DNA of 29,149 nt from assembly GCA_963712115.1 (NCBI GenBank), contig CAVQGX010000066.1:1-29149 (forward strand), written 5' to 3'. The number at the start of each line of letters is the position of its first letter. Within the stretch, counting starts at the first letter, position 1. The DNA comes from an uncultured delta proteobacterium (GTDB lineage: Bacteria; Desulfobacterota; Syntrophobacteria; BM002). The notes beneath the pieces are model-generated. The model was not told where the DNA came from. It saw only the letters and a list, made by a program, of their open reading frames with translations, and searched no databases. The position numbers and the translations under genes are program-made. Below, one piece after another: positions 27,969-29,149 of this stretch.

Positions 27969-28043
27969 GTGGAATCTATGGCAATGAACTTGACCATCTT
28001 TGTTTTGGTGGCTATTGCGCTAACTGCAGGCCATAGAAAATAG
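27969..28043 (+). CDS. 24-aa hydrophobic peptide
   Basis: AGGAG 7 nt before GTG; MESMAMNLTIFVLVAIALTAGHRK. Confidence 0.5.
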   Translation: MESMAMNLTIFVLVAIALTAGHRK

Positions 28044-28497
28044 AATCACTCTAAACCTCTCAAAGCCTTTGCACCCAAATGTGCCAGAAAACTAGTGAGT
28101 CACTATGGTCGTTACAGGCTACATAATCTCTTTTTTTACAGGCGTGGCAGTCGGTTTTGTATTCGCAGCTGTCATACTTTTTCGTGACAAGCTCAACCGA
28201 TCCCCCTGAACAAAGAGCAGCGTTGTAATTGCCACCTCTCTTCACGACTGAGGGACATCATGTCAGAGGGCAGAAGACCTGCGGATTGCAAGAGATACCC
28301 ATTCTGTGACCATCTGAAGTCGGTACTCTAAAAGGTACCGGGCGACCTTGTAATTACCAGGATGATAGTATTGCAGAGAGAAGCCAAATCAGCCTGCACC
28401 CAATGTCCTAGCTTTGAACCTAGGCCGTACAGAGAGTAAACTATACTCCTCTGCAGTTTTTGTTTCTGTCCCTTCCAATTTGAGATGAACGTGAGCA

Positions 28498-28701
28498 ATG
28501 ATAGAAAGTCTGATTAGAGCATGTCCGCTTTTCGCTGAGGGTAAATGTCCACAGCAGCAACAAATAGAAAAACTCTATCTATTTCCCCAACTATCTACCA
28601 TTGAGGACATTGAGAAAATCTGCAGAAGCCAATGCTGCACCAAGGAAGGTCTTTCCTCTGATCACGCTGAGAAGGTTATTGCACATCTTAGACAATCCTG
28701 A
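28498..28701 (+). CDS. Stand-alone Cys-rich domain protein
   Basis: CPLFAEGKCPQ..I.K..L.PQL....IEKIC...C matches the N-termini of 12785 and 20376. Confidence 0.7.
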   Translation: MIESLIRACPLFAEGKCPQQQQIEKLYLFPQLSTIEDIEKICRSQCCTKEGLSSDHAEKVIAHLRQS

Positions 28702-28809
28702 CATTTAACCCCTTGCACGGTTAGCAACAGGGTTGCAGCATATACTTTCCCCGTCCTAATCTCTTAACCGGGTAAGGCCTCTCACCTTGGCCCTAACCTA
28801 ATCGGCTCT

Positions 28810-28851
28810 GCCCCCGCTTGCCTTCGTTGCCTCGGTCAGTGGGGGCTTTTT
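28810..28851 (+). terminator. Intrinsic terminator
   Basis: GCCCCCGCT...AGTGGGGGC followed by TTTTT. Confidence 0.6.
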
Positions 28852-28853
28852 GT

Positions 28854-28869
28854 TGGCATCGGGTTTGCA
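28854..28869 (+). promoter_or_regulatory. sigma54 promoter
   Basis: TGGCATCGGGTTTGCA = GG-N10-GC. Confidence 0.75.
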
Positions 28870-28879
28870 ATAGTGAATC

Positions 28880-28955
28880 CGTGGGGTGAGCGTAGGGTTC
28901 ACCCTGATGGCGTATGGTAGCCCCCATCAGTTTGGCAACTGGCTGATGGGGGGGG
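28880..28955 (+). ncRNA. Candidate sigma54-driven small RNA
   Basis: GGGTGAGC..GTTCACCC hairpin, then a 33-nt hairpin differing by one base from 27635-27667. Confidence 0.5.
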
Positions 28956-29149
28956 TCCCCCGCATTGACTTGACCACCCACAGCATTTTGTGCCAGATTG
29001 AAACCCAGTCCAGTGTGAATTAAGGGAATCTTTCATCTTTGTTTAGTAGGGTTCTATAATTCATCAATTCATCATTATCTGCATTTTCCGATTGTCTTGC
29101 GGCCAGGTTAACTCTCTATTGAACTGCCGCTTGCCATGTCTGAGTGCCA

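Noticed and set aside
28071-28086. Minus-strand TGGCAC sites here and near 8665, 20115 and 28990
   Set aside because: GG to GC spacing is not 10 nt or the -12 element is absent.
1-29149. CRISPR array, tRNA/rRNA, integron, DGR or retron
   Set aside because: No regularly spaced repeats, cloverleafs, attC arrays, integrase or reverse transcriptase were seen.

Overview
A 29-kb bacterial accessory region, probably from a Desulfobacterota/deltaproteobacterial genome (inferred from gene content and sigma54 usage; not provable here). It has a few conventional genes: a DacA-type D,D-carboxypeptidase, an SH3/TIGR04211-like protein, a LysM protein, a REC-GGDEF diguanylate cyclase, a class III nucleotide cyclase and an RHH regulator. 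These sit among nine intact PilZ genes plus one broken one, small Cys-rich metal-binding proteins, FN3/PKD surface proteins with CFI-box-CTERM tails (decaying) and two MITE families. The least explained signal is non-coding: about 12 candidate sigma54 (-24/-12) promoters. Several carry a 14-bp motif at a fixed ~93 or ~113 bp upstream. They drive either short paralogous non-coding transcripts ending in a shared CCCCATCRG...YGATGGGG hairpin, or unannotated 22-57 aa hydrophobic peptides. A Cys-rich domain found both fused to PilZ and as a free gene, within a duplicated divergent PilZ pair, is the second highlight. All calls were made by eye, without database searches.
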